Shown here one piece after another: positions 39,028 to 48,980 of a DNA stretch of 64,000 nucleotides. Location of the stretch: positions 1 to 64,000 of the IMG/VR virus record IMGVR_UViG_3300010883_008292. One strand, written 5' to 3'. The DNA comes from a virus. Below the pieces are notes generated by a model. That model saw only the letters and a program-made list of their open reading frames with translations. It did no database searches and was not told the origin of the DNA. Each line of letters begins with the position of its first letter. Position 1 is the stretch's first letter. The translations under genes were made by a program, and so were the position numbers.

Positions 39028-39494
39028 ACGGACAAGATCCATATATGGACTACAATTATTTTTCAACAAAAACATATGGACATGAACAAGGATTGTCAGC
39101 AGTCTTTAGACAACCAGGTGCAGTAAGTCATTGCAATTTACTACATGGCTACGCATTATCTTTTATGTTTAAGTTTGGCTGTGAACATTTAGATGATAAA
39201 GATTGGGTAATAGATTTTGGAGGACTAGGAGAGCTAAAAGAATGGTTAAAAGAAAACTTTGATCACAAACTTGTTGTATCCAAATCAGATCCACAGATAG
39301 ATAAGTTTTTAGGCTTAGAAGAACTAGGTTTAGCTGAGGTAGTAGTAATGAATGGTGTTGGTTGTGAGAAGTTTGCAGAACATGCATTTCATTTTGCTAA
39401 TGACTTGGTAAATAATATGACAGGCGGGCGATGCTATTGCGTTGCTTGTGAAGTAAAGGAACATGGGGCCAATTCAGCGATATACGAGGGCTAA
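39024..39494 (+). CDS. queD: 6-carboxy-5,6,7,8-tetrahydropterin synthase
   Basis: SHCNLLHGY, WVIDFG, FDHK, GCEKFAE, EHGANSA. Confidence 0.9.
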   Translation: MNGQDPYMDYNYFSTKTYGHEQGLSAVFRQPGAVSHCNLLHGYALSFMFKFGCEHLDDKDWVIDFGGLGELKEWLKENFDHKLVVSKSDPQIDKFLGLEELGLAEVVVMNGVGCEKFAEHAFHFANDLVNNMTGGRCYCVACEVKEHGANSAIYEG

Positions 39495-39496
39495 CT

Positions 39497-40558
39497 ATGA
39501 AAGTAGCTCTTGTTACAGACACTCATTTTGGTGCCAGGTCAGACAATTTAGCCTTTGATAAGTTCTTTGCTAGATTTTATGATGAAGTTTTCTTTCCTTA
39601 CTTAGAAAAAGAAGGCATAAAAACCATATGTCATTTAGGTGATGTATTTGATAGACGGAAATATATTAATTATAATATACTCCAGTCTTGCAAGAAGTAT
39701 TTTTTCGATAAGGCTCGTGACTTAGGTATTGAGATACATTTAATACCAGGCAATCATGATACTTATTTTAAAAATACAAATGAAGTAAACTCTCCTAGCC
39801 TATTGTTAGGAGAATATAATAACATCACAATATACGAAGAACCCACAGTCGTACAACTCGACAGGGAGAAGGTATTGATGTTACCATGGATATGCACGGA
39901 TAATTATGAACAAACAATGGAAACAATTGATACAACAGACGCAAAGACTTGCTTCTCGCACTTGGAACTCACAGGGTTTCTCCTGGTTCCTGGAATGCCT
40001 AACTTACATGGTATGGACGCTGCTATTTTTAGCGAATTTGATCTTGTTGTTAGTGGGCACTTTCATCATCGCCATAGTAGAGGCAACGTTACTTATATGG
40101 GAAACCCTTATGAAATTACTTGGAGTGACTACAACGACCCCAGAGGTTTCGCTATTTACGACACGAGTAAAAGAGCTTTGGCATACCATAATAACCCATT
40201 TAGACTTTTCTATAAAATCTATTACGACGACTCCCACTTCGAAGGTGTTAATGACATCGCTAATTTTGATTTCGATAGTGTTGTTGGCGGTGCTGTAAAA
40301 CTTATTGTAAGTAAGAAGACAGACTTCAAAAAGTTTGACCACTTTGTAGACAAACTATATCAATGTGAGTTAATTGACTTAAAAATTATAGAAGACTTCT
40401 CAGAGTTTGAGGACGAAGCTATAGGTGAAGATGTAAACTTAGAAGATACAATGACACTACTAAAAGAATACGTTGATGTTGTTGAAACAGACCTATCCAA
40501 ACAAAGAATAAAAAATCTATTGCAGAGCCTTTATATTGAGGCTCAAGACTCTCCATGA
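39497..40558 (+). CDS. 47: recombination endonuclease subunit gp47 (Mre11/SbcD-like)
   Basis: TDTHFG, LGDVFD, GNHD, SGHFH. Confidence 0.95.
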   Translation: MKVALVTDTHFGARSDNLAFDKFFARFYDEVFFPYLEKEGIKTICHLGDVFDRRKYINYNILQSCKKYFFDKARDLGIEIHLIPGNHDTYFKNTNEVNSPSLLLGEYNNITIYEEPTVVQLDREKVLMLPWICTDNYEQTMETIDTTDAKTCFSHLELTGFLLVPGMPNLHGMDAAIFSEFDLVVSGHFHHRHSRGNVTYMGNPYEITWSDYNDPRGFAIYDTSKRALAYHNNPFRLFYKIYYDDSHFEGVNDIANFDFDSVVGGAVKLIVSKKTDFKKFDHFVDKLYQCELIDLKIIEDFSEFEDEAIGEDVNLEDTMTLLKEYVDVVETDLSKQRIKNLLQSLYIEAQDSP

Positions 40559-42225
40559 TAACATTTAAAACTATACGATGGAAAAACTTTCTGTCGACAG
40601 GTAACGCATGGACAGAAATACAACTTGATAAATCTCCCAGCACATTAATTGTTGGAGATAATGGTAGCGGTAAATCTACAATGTTAGATGCTTTAACCTT
40701 TGCCTTATTCAACAAGCCATTCAGAAATGTATCTAAACCACAGTTAGTTAATTCAATCAACGGAAAAAAATTAATGGTTGAAATTGATTTTTCTATTGGT
40801 AAACGAGAGTATTTAATACGTCGTGGTGAATTGCCTAAGGTCTTTGAGATAGAAGTAAATGGTATTAAGTTAGATAAAGATGCCAACATAAGAGACTTTC
40901 AGAAGTATTTAGAAGAGAACATATTAAAACTTAATTACAAATCATTTACACAAATAGTCATGTTAGGGAGTGCCTCATTCACTCCCTTCATGCAATTACA
41001 TTTAGGAGCTAGACGAGAGATCATAGAAGACATATTAGATATTACTATATTTACTTCTATGAATAAAGTTCTCAAAGACAAGATCACAATTTTAGAAAAT
41101 CAAATCAAAACATTAGAAGGTGAGATCCAGATAGCCAAACAAAAGGCGACTCTTCAGGATTCATATATAAAGACGTTAGAGGATGATAAAAAGTCTAAAG
41201 TAGAGTCAATAGCAACAGCAATTAAGGAGGCGGAAGATGCGATCGAGACAGCGAGGACACTTGCGAAGGAGACAGCAAGCGAGAAGACGAGTCTGGGTGA
41301 TGTCCATGAAAAGAAAGGAAGACTTGAAGACTACAAACGAAAATTTACCCTCCAAATCAACACCCATAGAAAAGACTTAGACTTCTTCCACAACAACGAC
41401 GAATGTCCTACATGTCAGCAAGGGATAGCACATGACCACAAGGAAGTGATGACAGCCAGGGATAAAGAAAAGATAGATGAATTACAAATAGCCTTAGATG
41501 AATTGGAAGAAAAGTATGTTGAAGTAGAATCTCTTGTTGAAAAGGTACTTGAACTAGATCAACAAATAATGGACCATAACAATGAAAGTATTGCACAGCA
41601 AAGAATATTACAACGATTCCAATTAGAGTTATCGGATACACAAGATAAAGTAGGCGACATAACTAAAGAGAGAACAAAATTAAAAACCTTAGCTAAGAAT
41701 GCTATAGGAAAACAACAAGAGAAAATAAAATTAACAGAAACAGGACACTATTATGAAGTAGCACAGTCCCTTTTAAAAGATTCTGGTATTAAAACTAAGA
41801 TTATTAAAGCCTATTTGCCAATTATAAACAAATTAGTTAATAAATACCTAGCAGCCATGGACTTTTTTGTTCAGTTTGATTTAGATCAGACGTTCAAAGA
41901 AACAATTAAATCCAGGTTCAGAGATAAATTTAGTTACGCATCGTTTAGTGAAGGAGAGAAACAAAGAATAGACTTAGCGTTAGTATTTACTTGGAGGACA
42001 ATAGCCAAGATGAAAAACAGCGCTAGTACAAATATCTTATTATTAGATGAGGTATTTGATAGTTCGTTAGATACAGATGGAACCCAATATGTTATGCAGT
42101 TATTAGAAACTATTGGCAACGATACTAATGTGTTCGTAATATCTCACAAGGGAGACCAACTATTTGATAAATTTAGATCAGTAGTTAAGTTTGAAAAGAA
42201 ACAAAATTATAGTGTAATAGTATGA
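40555..42225 (+). CDS. 46: recombination endonuclease subunit gp46 (Rad50/SbcC-like)
   Basis: GDNGSGKS, CPTC hook, FSEGEKQRID, LDEVFDSSLD. Confidence 0.96.
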   Translation: MITFKTIRWKNFLSTGNAWTEIQLDKSPSTLIVGDNGSGKSTMLDALTFALFNKPFRNVSKPQLVNSINGKKLMVEIDFSIGKREYLIRRGELPKVFEIEVNGIKLDKDANIRDFQKYLEENILKLNYKSFTQIVMLGSASFTPFMQLHLGARREIIEDILDITIFTSMNKVLKDKITILENQIKTLEGEIQIAKQKATLQDSYIKTLEDDKKSKVESIATAIKEAEDAIETARTLAKETASEKTSLGDVHEKKGRLEDYKRKFTLQINTHRKDLDFFHNNDECPTCQQGIAHDHKEVMTARDKEKIDELQIALDELEEKYVEVESLVEKVLELDQQIMDHNNESIAQQRILQRFQLELSDTQDKVGDITKERTKLKTLAKNAIGKQQEKIKLTETGHYYEVAQSLLKDSGIKTKIIKAYLPIINKLVNKYLAAMDFFVQFDLDQTFKETIKSRFRDKFSYASFSEGEKQRIDLALVFTWRTIAKMKNSASTNILLLDEVFDSSLDTDGTQYVMQLLETIGNDTNVFVISHKGDQLFDKFRSVVKFEKKQNYSVIV

Positions 42226-42452
42226 TAGTAATATATGGAAAGCCAAGATGTAGTTTTTGTACAAGAGCAAAAGCTTTATGTGAAAAAGAAAATTTAGATT
42301 ATGAATATAAGTTATTGGATGCAGATTATACCGCTGAAGAATTATTTAAATTAGTACCAGAGGCAAAATCTTTTCCTCAGGTATTCATAAATAACAAACC
42401 CATAGGTGGGTTTACTGAACTACAAAAATTGATACAACAGGGAGCAGGGTAA
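42222..42452 (+). CDS. glutaredoxin
   Basis: CSFC, FPQVFI, IGGF. Confidence 0.92.
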   Translation: MIVIYGKPRCSFCTRAKALCEKENLDYEYKLLDADYTAEELFKLVPEAKSFPQVFINNKPIGGFTELQKLIQQGAG

Positions 42453-42829
42453 TGGAAGACATGGTTGGTACCGAGGTGGCAAAAGTAACATTTGATGAGA
42501 ATAGTTACATGCCTTTACCATCTAGCCTACGGATAGGGGAGAGTAATATACATGGACAAGGATTATTCTCAAAAGAAGACATACCACAGGGTACAGACTT
42601 AGGTTTGTCTCATGTGTTTGTAATGCACGATTGGGATGGCAAAGTTTGGGGCACTAAGTATTGGCAACGAACTCCACTAGGAGGATTTATAAATCATAGT
42701 GAAAGCCCAAACATAATCGCGGAAGTAGAGGGGCCTAACATAAACTTCTTTACTAAAAAGAAAATTAAAACTGGAGAGGAATTACTCATAAGATATGAAC
42801 ACGAAAAAATTACAGGACTCACAGCCTAA
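42452..42829 (+). CDS. SET-domain protein-lysine methyltransferase
   Basis: SNIHGQGLF, FINHSESPN, IKTGEELLIRY. Confidence 0.88.
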   Translation: MEDMVGTEVAKVTFDENSYMPLPSSLRIGESNIHGQGLFSKEDIPQGTDLGLSHVFVMHDWDGKVWGTKYWQRTPLGGFINHSESPNIIAEVEGPNINFFTKKKIKTGEELLIRYEHEKITGLTA

Positions 42830-43496
42830 GTCTCATTCAGAGATTATGCAGGAACAGTTGGAACCTATAATACATCCAACAGAGTTTGATGAGTCTGACG
42901 ACTTAGAAATGGCCAAGGCCATCGAAGCAAACATACCTAAGTATAAGTCGCCTGAAATCAGAACAGCAGATGAATTAGAACTTCTAAGATTTGATGATAA
43001 ATTCTTATCCAGAGTGCCAGCACCGTTTCGTTTTGAAGATATGAATGAACACGGTGGGTTAGATCCTAAAGAAATAAAAGAAAGGTTACTCAAAGTTATG
43101 CAGCGAGACGGTGGTGTAGGTTTGTCTGCTAATCAAGTAGGTATAAACGCAGCTTGCTTTGTAATAGGAGACGGCAAAGACTTTGAGAAAATTTTTATTA
43201 ACCCTAAGATAGTGGGCGTAGGAGAAGAGCAAGACTCTATTAAAGAAGGTTGTTTATCTTTCCCTGGCCTATTCTTAATGGTTAAAAGGCCTACTAAATG
43301 TGCCATACAATATTGGGACGAAGAAGGCGAGGAGATAATGGAAGAGTATCAAGGCGTCTCTGCTCGTGTAATATTACATGAGTACGATCACATGCTAGGA
43401 CAAAATTTTACTATGAGGGTGTCCAGGGTTAAGTTAGAGAGAGCCTTAAAAGCCTTGCACAAGAAGACTAAGAAACACCAAAGGCAAAATACTTAG
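42795..43496 (+). CDS. def: peptide deformylase
   Basis: GVGLSANQVG, EGCLS, HEYDH. True start uncertain. Confidence 0.93.
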   Translation: MNTKKLQDSQPKSHSEIMQEQLEPIIHPTEFDESDDLEMAKAIEANIPKYKSPEIRTADELELLRFDDKFLSRVPAPFRFEDMNEHGGLDPKEIKERLLKVMQRDGGVGLSANQVGINAACFVIGDGKDFEKIFINPKIVGVGEEQDSIKEGCLSFPGLFLMVKRPTKCAIQYWDEEGEEIMEEYQGVSARVILHEYDHMLGQNFTMRVSRVKLERALKALHKKTKKHQRQNT

Positions 43497-43532
43497 TCTT
43501 TATCTACATAAATAAGATTAAAGGAGAGAACA

Positions 43533-43889
43533 ATGGCAGATGAATTTGATTTTGGTTTTACAGCTGTAGATGAGGTACCTTCCGAGGCACCTGTACAGCA
43601 GCCTGTCACTCCTTCTATTGATGAAGATAAGATACTTGATAAGTTACAAGAACTAGAATTAAAAATCTTAAATTCAGATAACAGCGGCATGGTTAACGAG
43701 CATAGATCGTTAATTGAAGCTGATGTTTCAACAAAACTTCGTGATGTAGAAGACCTTGTACTTCCTCTACTTTACAATTTGCAGAAGAACCCTGAAAAGG
43801 AATACATACATTGGCCAAATAGAACGGCTATCATTGATAAACAAATTGAAAGAATAAAGGCAGTAACCAGATATTATGAGCGAATCTAA
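43533..43889 (+). CDS. hypothetical protein
   Basis: AAGGAG SD; late-like CATAAATA at 43507; DFGFTAVDE and YIHWPNR motifs. Confidence 0.7.
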   Translation: MADEFDFGFTAVDEVPSEAPVQQPVTPSIDEDKILDKLQELELKILNSDNSGMVNEHRSLIEADVSTKLRDVEDLVLPLLYNLQKNPEKEYIHWPNRTAIIDKQIERIKAVTRYYERI

Positions 43890-44478
43890 ACCAATTCAAA
43901 ACCAAGCGCCAAACACAAGCAATGCGTATGAAAAACCAGTAGCCCGAATCTTTGATTTTTATATCTCAGGAGACATAAAAGAATCAAAAGAGTATCAAGA
44001 CTGGAATCAGATGATGAGAAACTCAACTGAAAATGATGCAGTTATAATCCATATAAACTCTAACGGGGGAGATATATTTGCAGCAATACAGCTAATGAAA
44101 ACAATGTCTGAAAGCCCATCAACTATTATAGCATCCGTAGAAGGTATGTGTATGTCAGCAGCAACACTTATATTCTTATGTGCAGATGTGTGTGAAGTCT
44201 CAGAACATAGTCACTTCATGTTCCATACTTACAGTTCAGGCAACTGGGGTAAAGGAAACGAACAATTAGCCTCAGTTATTGCAGACGATAAGTGGGCTAG
44301 ACATTTATTTAATTCAGCTTACAAAGGATTTTTAGATCCAAAAGAGATAAATGAGATGATCGATGGGAAAGACTTTTGGATGGACCCAACAGAAGTTAAG
44401 AAGAGATTAGAAAAAAGAAATAAAGTAGCTAAAAGAAAGCAAAATAAGAAAGCAAAAGCGATCAGAGGTATTAAATGA
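43876..44478 (+). CDS. ClpP-like protease
   Basis: IHINSNGG, CMSAA (Ser), FMFH (His), DFWM. Confidence 0.85.
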   Translation: MSESKPIQNQAPNTSNAYEKPVARIFDFYISGDIKESKEYQDWNQMMRNSTENDAVIIHINSNGGDIFAAIQLMKTMSESPSTIIASVEGMCMSAATLIFLCADVCEVSEHSHFMFHTYSSGNWGKGNEQLASVIADDKWARHLFNSAYKGFLDPKEINEMIDGKDFWMDPTEVKKRLEKRNKVAKRKQNKKAKAIRGIK

Positions 44479-44777
44479 TTAAACAATATTGGAAAATTAC
44501 ATTCATAAGTTTATTTGTATTGGCATTGATGGTATATTCATCAACAGCAAATGCTAATAAGACAACAGATGATATTTTAAAGGCATTTGTAGTTTATAAA
44601 ATCGCTACAGAAATTGATAAGAAACAACCCTTTAAAGGAAAAGAACCTCCCTGTGCAAGAGCAGGCGCTAAGTGGGTACCAGGTGTACTCCCTGGAGAAC
44701 GAGGTAGAGTTATAAGATATCCAGTATGTCCTAACTTAATGATGCCATACGGAGGGTTAATTAAGGTTAAGAAATAA
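44475..44777 (+). CDS. hypothetical exported protein
   Basis: Signal-peptide-like N-terminus ending ANA; two Cys. Confidence 0.55.
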   Translation: MIKQYWKITFISLFVLALMVYSSTANANKTTDDILKAFVVYKIATEIDKKQPFKGKEPPCARAGAKWVPGVLPGERGRVIRYPVCPNLMMPYGGLIKVKK

Positions 44778-46345
44778 TGAGAGCGTTTATAATGATGTTG
44801 GTGGTATTACTTCCCACCATAGGACTAGCAGAAGTAGAAGAAATAATAGTAGTAGGATCAAAAGTTTCAACTGGATATTCAGATCCAGCACACGACAACT
44901 CTGCAATAGAAGGAGTTGAATCAACAAAAGTTTATACTCCAGGCGGCCCTGGAGGGTTTACAGCAGTAGGCTTAAACGGCACAGACTCAAAACACACAGC
45001 AGTATATAGAAATGGAGTACCTGTTAACGATCCATCAGCAGGTTGGTATGATTTTGGAATAGACTTACCTGCGTGGCAAGACTATAAGAAAATTACAGGA
45101 CCTAATAGTGTATTGTTTGGAAGCTCCTCAATGGCAGGAACGATTCTTATAGAAGATACATTTGAAAAACATGTTTTTTATAAGGGAGGAGACTCATCAC
45201 AGTTCATAACAGGTGGCAATGAATGGTTTCAAATAGCAAGGTACAAAGGATCAATAGGATCTGTAAAGACAACAAACACAGAGGAAGATTGGTATGATAA
45301 TACAACACTTAAAACCAAAGCAAATTATGCTGGCTTCGATGTTGTTATGGTGTCTCAAGATTATTCTTACGACTATGATGATTGTTTACCTAGTTCTATT
45401 GAATATAATGATTGTAATCAGTCTGGATATAAAACCGATATATCTATTAGGAATGATTGGTTAACATTAGGATACAATTTAAATGCCGCTGAACATAATA
45501 CAGGCTGGGGCACTAAAAGTTCTAGACTATTTGCAGATGCGAAGTACAAATATAAGAATTTCTTAACAGGTGTAACAGCACAACAAGAAGATTATGATTT
45601 CTATTTTAGATCACCCGTCCCTTTAAGATATAATGATTGGAGAGCAGGTGTTTATTTTAATTGGTCTACAGAACAAACAGCACCCGAAAGATCATCTGTA
45701 ATTCCATACAAACTTGGAATAGGTTATCGTTATGAAGACGATGTTCAAACAGGTAGAGTGGGTGTAGAAGTAAATGACTTTAGAGTCTCATTAGGAAATA
45801 GCTATAGGGTTCCAAACTTATACGAACGCTATGGAGACGAGTTAGTAAAACCCAATCCACTTTTAGATGCTGAGAAGGGAGTAGGATTAGAAGTTGGTTG
45901 GAAAGACTTAACGGTTTGGCATTATGATTTTAGCAATGGAATAGATTTCAATTTTGCTGATTACCAATACATAAACACAGGCAAGTATCAATCTTCAGGG
46001 ATTACTTTCAGTACGTCAATTAAAAACATTGATGTGATGTTAAAGTACACAGACACAGACAAACTTCAAGCAGCCAAGTATAAGACTAAGCTGTCATACT
46101 CAGACATGTTTGGCAAAATAGATTGGGCCGTATCTTATGTGGGTGAGTTTGATAAAGGTTTGGACTGGGCAGGCCGTCCCATAGATGATGTATCAACCTT
46201 AGACCTAACTCTAGGCTACTACCTGGGCTCAAGATACAGGGTCGGCCTCCAGATTAGGGACGTTTTCAACAAAAAGTTTGAAATCTTACCAGAATATGCA
46301 GCAGGTGGGCGACAATTCCTCATATCTTTTGACTTAACCTTGTAA
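44777..46345 (+). CDS. TonB-dependent receptor, BtuB-like and compact
   Basis: Signal peptide, EEIIVVG TonB box, plug motifs VYRNGVPVND and GPNSVLFGSSSMAGTI, YRVPNLYE...PNPLLDAE, GGRQFLISFDLTL. Confidence 0.85.
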   Translation: MRAFIMMLVVLLPTIGLAEVEEIIVVGSKVSTGYSDPAHDNSAIEGVESTKVYTPGGPGGFTAVGLNGTDSKHTAVYRNGVPVNDPSAGWYDFGIDLPAWQDYKKITGPNSVLFGSSSMAGTILIEDTFEKHVFYKGGDSSQFITGGNEWFQIARYKGSIGSVKTTNTEEDWYDNTTLKTKANYAGFDVVMVSQDYSYDYDDCLPSSIEYNDCNQSGYKTDISIRNDWLTLGYNLNAAEHNTGWGTKSSRLFADAKYKYKNFLTGVTAQQEDYDFYFRSPVPLRYNDWRAGVYFNWSTEQTAPERSSVIPYKLGIGYRYEDDVQTGRVGVEVNDFRVSLGNSYRVPNLYERYGDELVKPNPLLDAEKGVGLEVGWKDLTVWHYDFSNGIDFNFADYQYINTGKYQSSGITFSTSIKNIDVMLKYTDTDKLQAAKYKTKLSYSDMFGKIDWAVSYVGEFDKGLDWAGRPIDDVSTLDLTLGYYLGSRYRVGLQIRDVFNKKFEILPEYAAGGRQFLISFDLTL

Positions 46346-46453
46346 GTCCTTGATTTTAGCCAAAAGAGTGATCACTCTTTTGAAATACCGCTTGATTTAT
46401 GGTTCGAAAGAGTGCATAATAGTAGTATAAACAATAAGAAGTGAGGACTTTAA
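46343..46453 (+). promoter_or_regulatory. repeated early promoter/leader module, copy 2, with a 22-bp palindrome
   Basis: caaaagagtgatcactcttttg (46361-46382); TTGATT(46392)-N17-CATAAT(46415); identical leader. Confidence 0.9.
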
Positions 46454-48910
46454 TTGAACCAAATACAATCCAAATCAATACTAGCCAAATGTTTAGCAAC
46501 AGAAGACATTTCAATAGTACATGATGCTAAAATGCCAACAGCGGCATTTGATGTCAAAGCAAGAACTTTATACCTCCCACAGTGGAAGGACATGTCTCCT
46601 GAACTCTATGACTTATTCATAGGACATGAGGTTGGACATGCTCATGAAACACCTGCAGAAGGATGGCATGACGCAGTATGTGATGACGTAAAAAAGAAAA
46701 ACTTCCTTAATGTAGTTGAAGACGTAAGGATTGAACGTAAGATTAAAGGTAGATATCCTGGCCTAGTTAGTAGGTTCTATAAAGGCTACAAAGAATTAGT
46801 TGATGGAGACTTTTTTGGAATAAAAGGTATAGACATTAACAAACTCCCATTAATTGATAGAGTGAACTTACATTATAAAGTAGGCCACATGATGGGAGTC
46901 AACTTTACTACTGAAGAACAAGATTTAGTTTCAAGGATAGGCAAAGCTGAAACTTGGAAGGACGTTGAAAGATTAGCTGATGAATTATTTGCAGCCAATA
47001 AGAAAGACGTTGAAGATAAAAAAGATGAATTAGAAAGCATGATTGATAAGATGATGCCTCAAAGATTCAAACAAGATCCTAACGGTGAAGAGCAACAAGA
47101 AGGTGAAGGCCAAGAATCCTCATCAGGTGATGAAGAAGAAGGCGACGAAGAAGAAACAGATTCATTTGGCGGCTCCGCTTCAGATGATGATGAAACTGAA
47201 GAAGAACAAGAAGCCAGAGAGGAAGCAGAACAACAGGCAAAACAAGATCAACGTGATAAGGATTACGAAGAATGGTTGAACAAGACTCCTGAAGAACGTA
47301 AAGCAGACGAAGAAGCCAAAGAGAAAGCTCAAGAACAATTTAAAAAAGATCAAGAGCTTAAAAAGCAATTGGATAAACTTCAAGAAGCTTTAGACAATGA
47401 AGGGTCAGTTACTGACAATGCTTTCAGAGAAAATGAGCAGTCATTAGTAGATCAAAATGCACATGACGTAATATATGTTACGGCTCCAGATATTAATCCC
47501 GAAGAGTTTATTGTTCCAATGAACAAACTGTATAACTGGGACAAATCTATTAGCCTACAAACAGCCGCCAAGATTGGTGATCATTTTGAAAACGTGACCC
47601 TGGCAAATGATAAAGTCTATGAAGTAGCTACTAAGCTGTATGACAAGTGGAACAGAACACAGACACCTATCATTAATAGTATGGCACAACAATTTGAACT
47701 TAAAAAAGCAGCAACTGCTTATAAGAAAGCTTCAATAGCCAAGATGGGCAAGTTAAATGAGGATAAGCTTTGGGCTTATAAATTAACAGACGATCTATTT
47801 CAAAGAGCTATGATAGTACCCAACGGTAAAAACCATGGCATCCTAATGTTCGTAGACTTATCAGGAAGCATGTACAGACACATGTCAGGAACAGTAGATC
47901 AACTAATGAACGTGGCAGCATTTTGTAGAAAGGTCAACATACCATTTGATGCTTATGGTTTTAGCACTGCATCTAGATCAGATCGTGATGGAGAACAAAA
48001 CTGGTACGCAAAACATAAAGAAGAATTAAAAACTTTGGCTGAAGGCACTATGTCTATAGATGATCCTTCCTTTAGTTTAGTTCATATGTTGTCTTCAAAA
48101 TGTTCAAAGAACGAACACATTAACGCAATGAAATATTTAAGTGTCATGAAATGTGGTTGGGACGATAGAAGATACTATGATGATTATGAATCAGGTGAGA
48201 CTTGGGGCTATATTGAGAACCCATACTTTTGTTTGTCCAGTACACCACTTAACTCAACGATCATTGTAGGACAAAAGATAGCAAAAATATTTAGAAAGAA
48301 ATATAACGTTGAAATATTAAGCACAATATTTTTAACAGATGGTGGAGCAACAGACAGCTTAAATTATGTTACTCACTTAGACTATCATAAAGAACAAAGA
48401 GAAGAACCTTGTGTAAGAGGACTTTATAATGAAACACCAGCCATCAAAGACGGTAGCTCAACAACCGTCCTAGATCAAAGCCCGGACCGTTATAACAGAA
48501 GAGAAATGGCTACTCCAGCATTATTAGAGTGGTACAAGCTCAGCACAGGTTCCAGGATGATTAACTTCCACATTGTCGATGGTAAAAAGAATCAATTCTG
48601 GGAAGAGTTTAATAAAAACAACTGGATGGAGAAAGGTGATGAACCACACACTAGCTACCGTCCATCATATGAATGGAACGACAGTGAATGGAAAGATTGT
48701 AATAAGAATAAGTTTATGGTTGTTGAAGACAGATATGGATTTGAACAACGGTTCCTGATCAAAGGAAAGGACGCTCTTAAAATTCAGGACCAAGAATTGA
48801 ACGTTAGATCATCCAACAAGGGCGATTTGATGAGAGGATTTAGAGCTTTTAATAAAGGAAAGACAAATCAAAGGTTATTCTTAAACAAAATCATTGAGTT
48901 AGTAGCATAG
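46454..48910 (+). CDS. metallopeptidase-like/VWA protein (CobT-like MoxR partner)
   Basis: HEVGH, NVVEDVRIE, acidic linker, FVDLSGSM MIDAS, LTDG; TTG start. Confidence 0.85.
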   Translation: MNQIQSKSILAKCLATEDISIVHDAKMPTAAFDVKARTLYLPQWKDMSPELYDLFIGHEVGHAHETPAEGWHDAVCDDVKKKNFLNVVEDVRIERKIKGRYPGLVSRFYKGYKELVDGDFFGIKGIDINKLPLIDRVNLHYKVGHMMGVNFTTEEQDLVSRIGKAETWKDVERLADELFAANKKDVEDKKDELESMIDKMMPQRFKQDPNGEEQQEGEGQESSSGDEEEGDEEETDSFGGSASDDDETEEEQEAREEAEQQAKQDQRDKDYEEWLNKTPEERKADEEAKEKAQEQFKKDQELKKQLDKLQEALDNEGSVTDNAFRENEQSLVDQNAHDVIYVTAPDINPEEFIVPMNKLYNWDKSISLQTAAKIGDHFENVTLANDKVYEVATKLYDKWNRTQTPIINSMAQQFELKKAATAYKKASIAKMGKLNEDKLWAYKLTDDLFQRAMIVPNGKNHGILMFVDLSGSMYRHMSGTVDQLMNVAAFCRKVNIPFDAYGFSTASRSDRDGEQNWYAKHKEELKTLAEGTMSIDDPSFSLVHMLSSKCSKNEHINAMKYLSVMKCGWDDRRYYDDYESGETWGYIENPYFCLSSTPLNSTIIVGQKIAKIFRKKYNVEILSTIFLTDGGATDSLNYVTHLDYHKEQREEPCVRGLYNETPAIKDGSSTTVLDQSPDRYNRREMATPALLEWYKLSTGSRMINFHIVDGKKNQFWEEFNKNNWMEKGDEPHTSYRPSYEWNDSEWKDCNKNKFMVVEDRYGFEQRFLIKGKDALKIQDQELNVRSSNKGDLMRGFRAFNKGKTNQRLFLNKIIELVA

Positions 48911-48915
48911 ATAAT

Positions 48916-48980
48916 GCTTGACTTATGGTTCTAAAGAGTGCATAATAGTAGTATAAACAATAAGAAGTGAGGACTTTAAT
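48916..48980 (+). promoter_or_regulatory. repeated early promoter/leader module, copy 3
   Basis: TTGACT(48918)-N17-CATAAT(48941) plus the identical leader. Confidence 0.9.

Noticed and set aside
33478-39494. Queuosine tRNA or folate biosynthesis
   Set aside because: No queC, queF, queA, folB, folK or folP in the window, and the TGT-like protein lacks the CxCxxC zinc site of bacterial Tgt. DNA modification is more parsimonious, though unproven.
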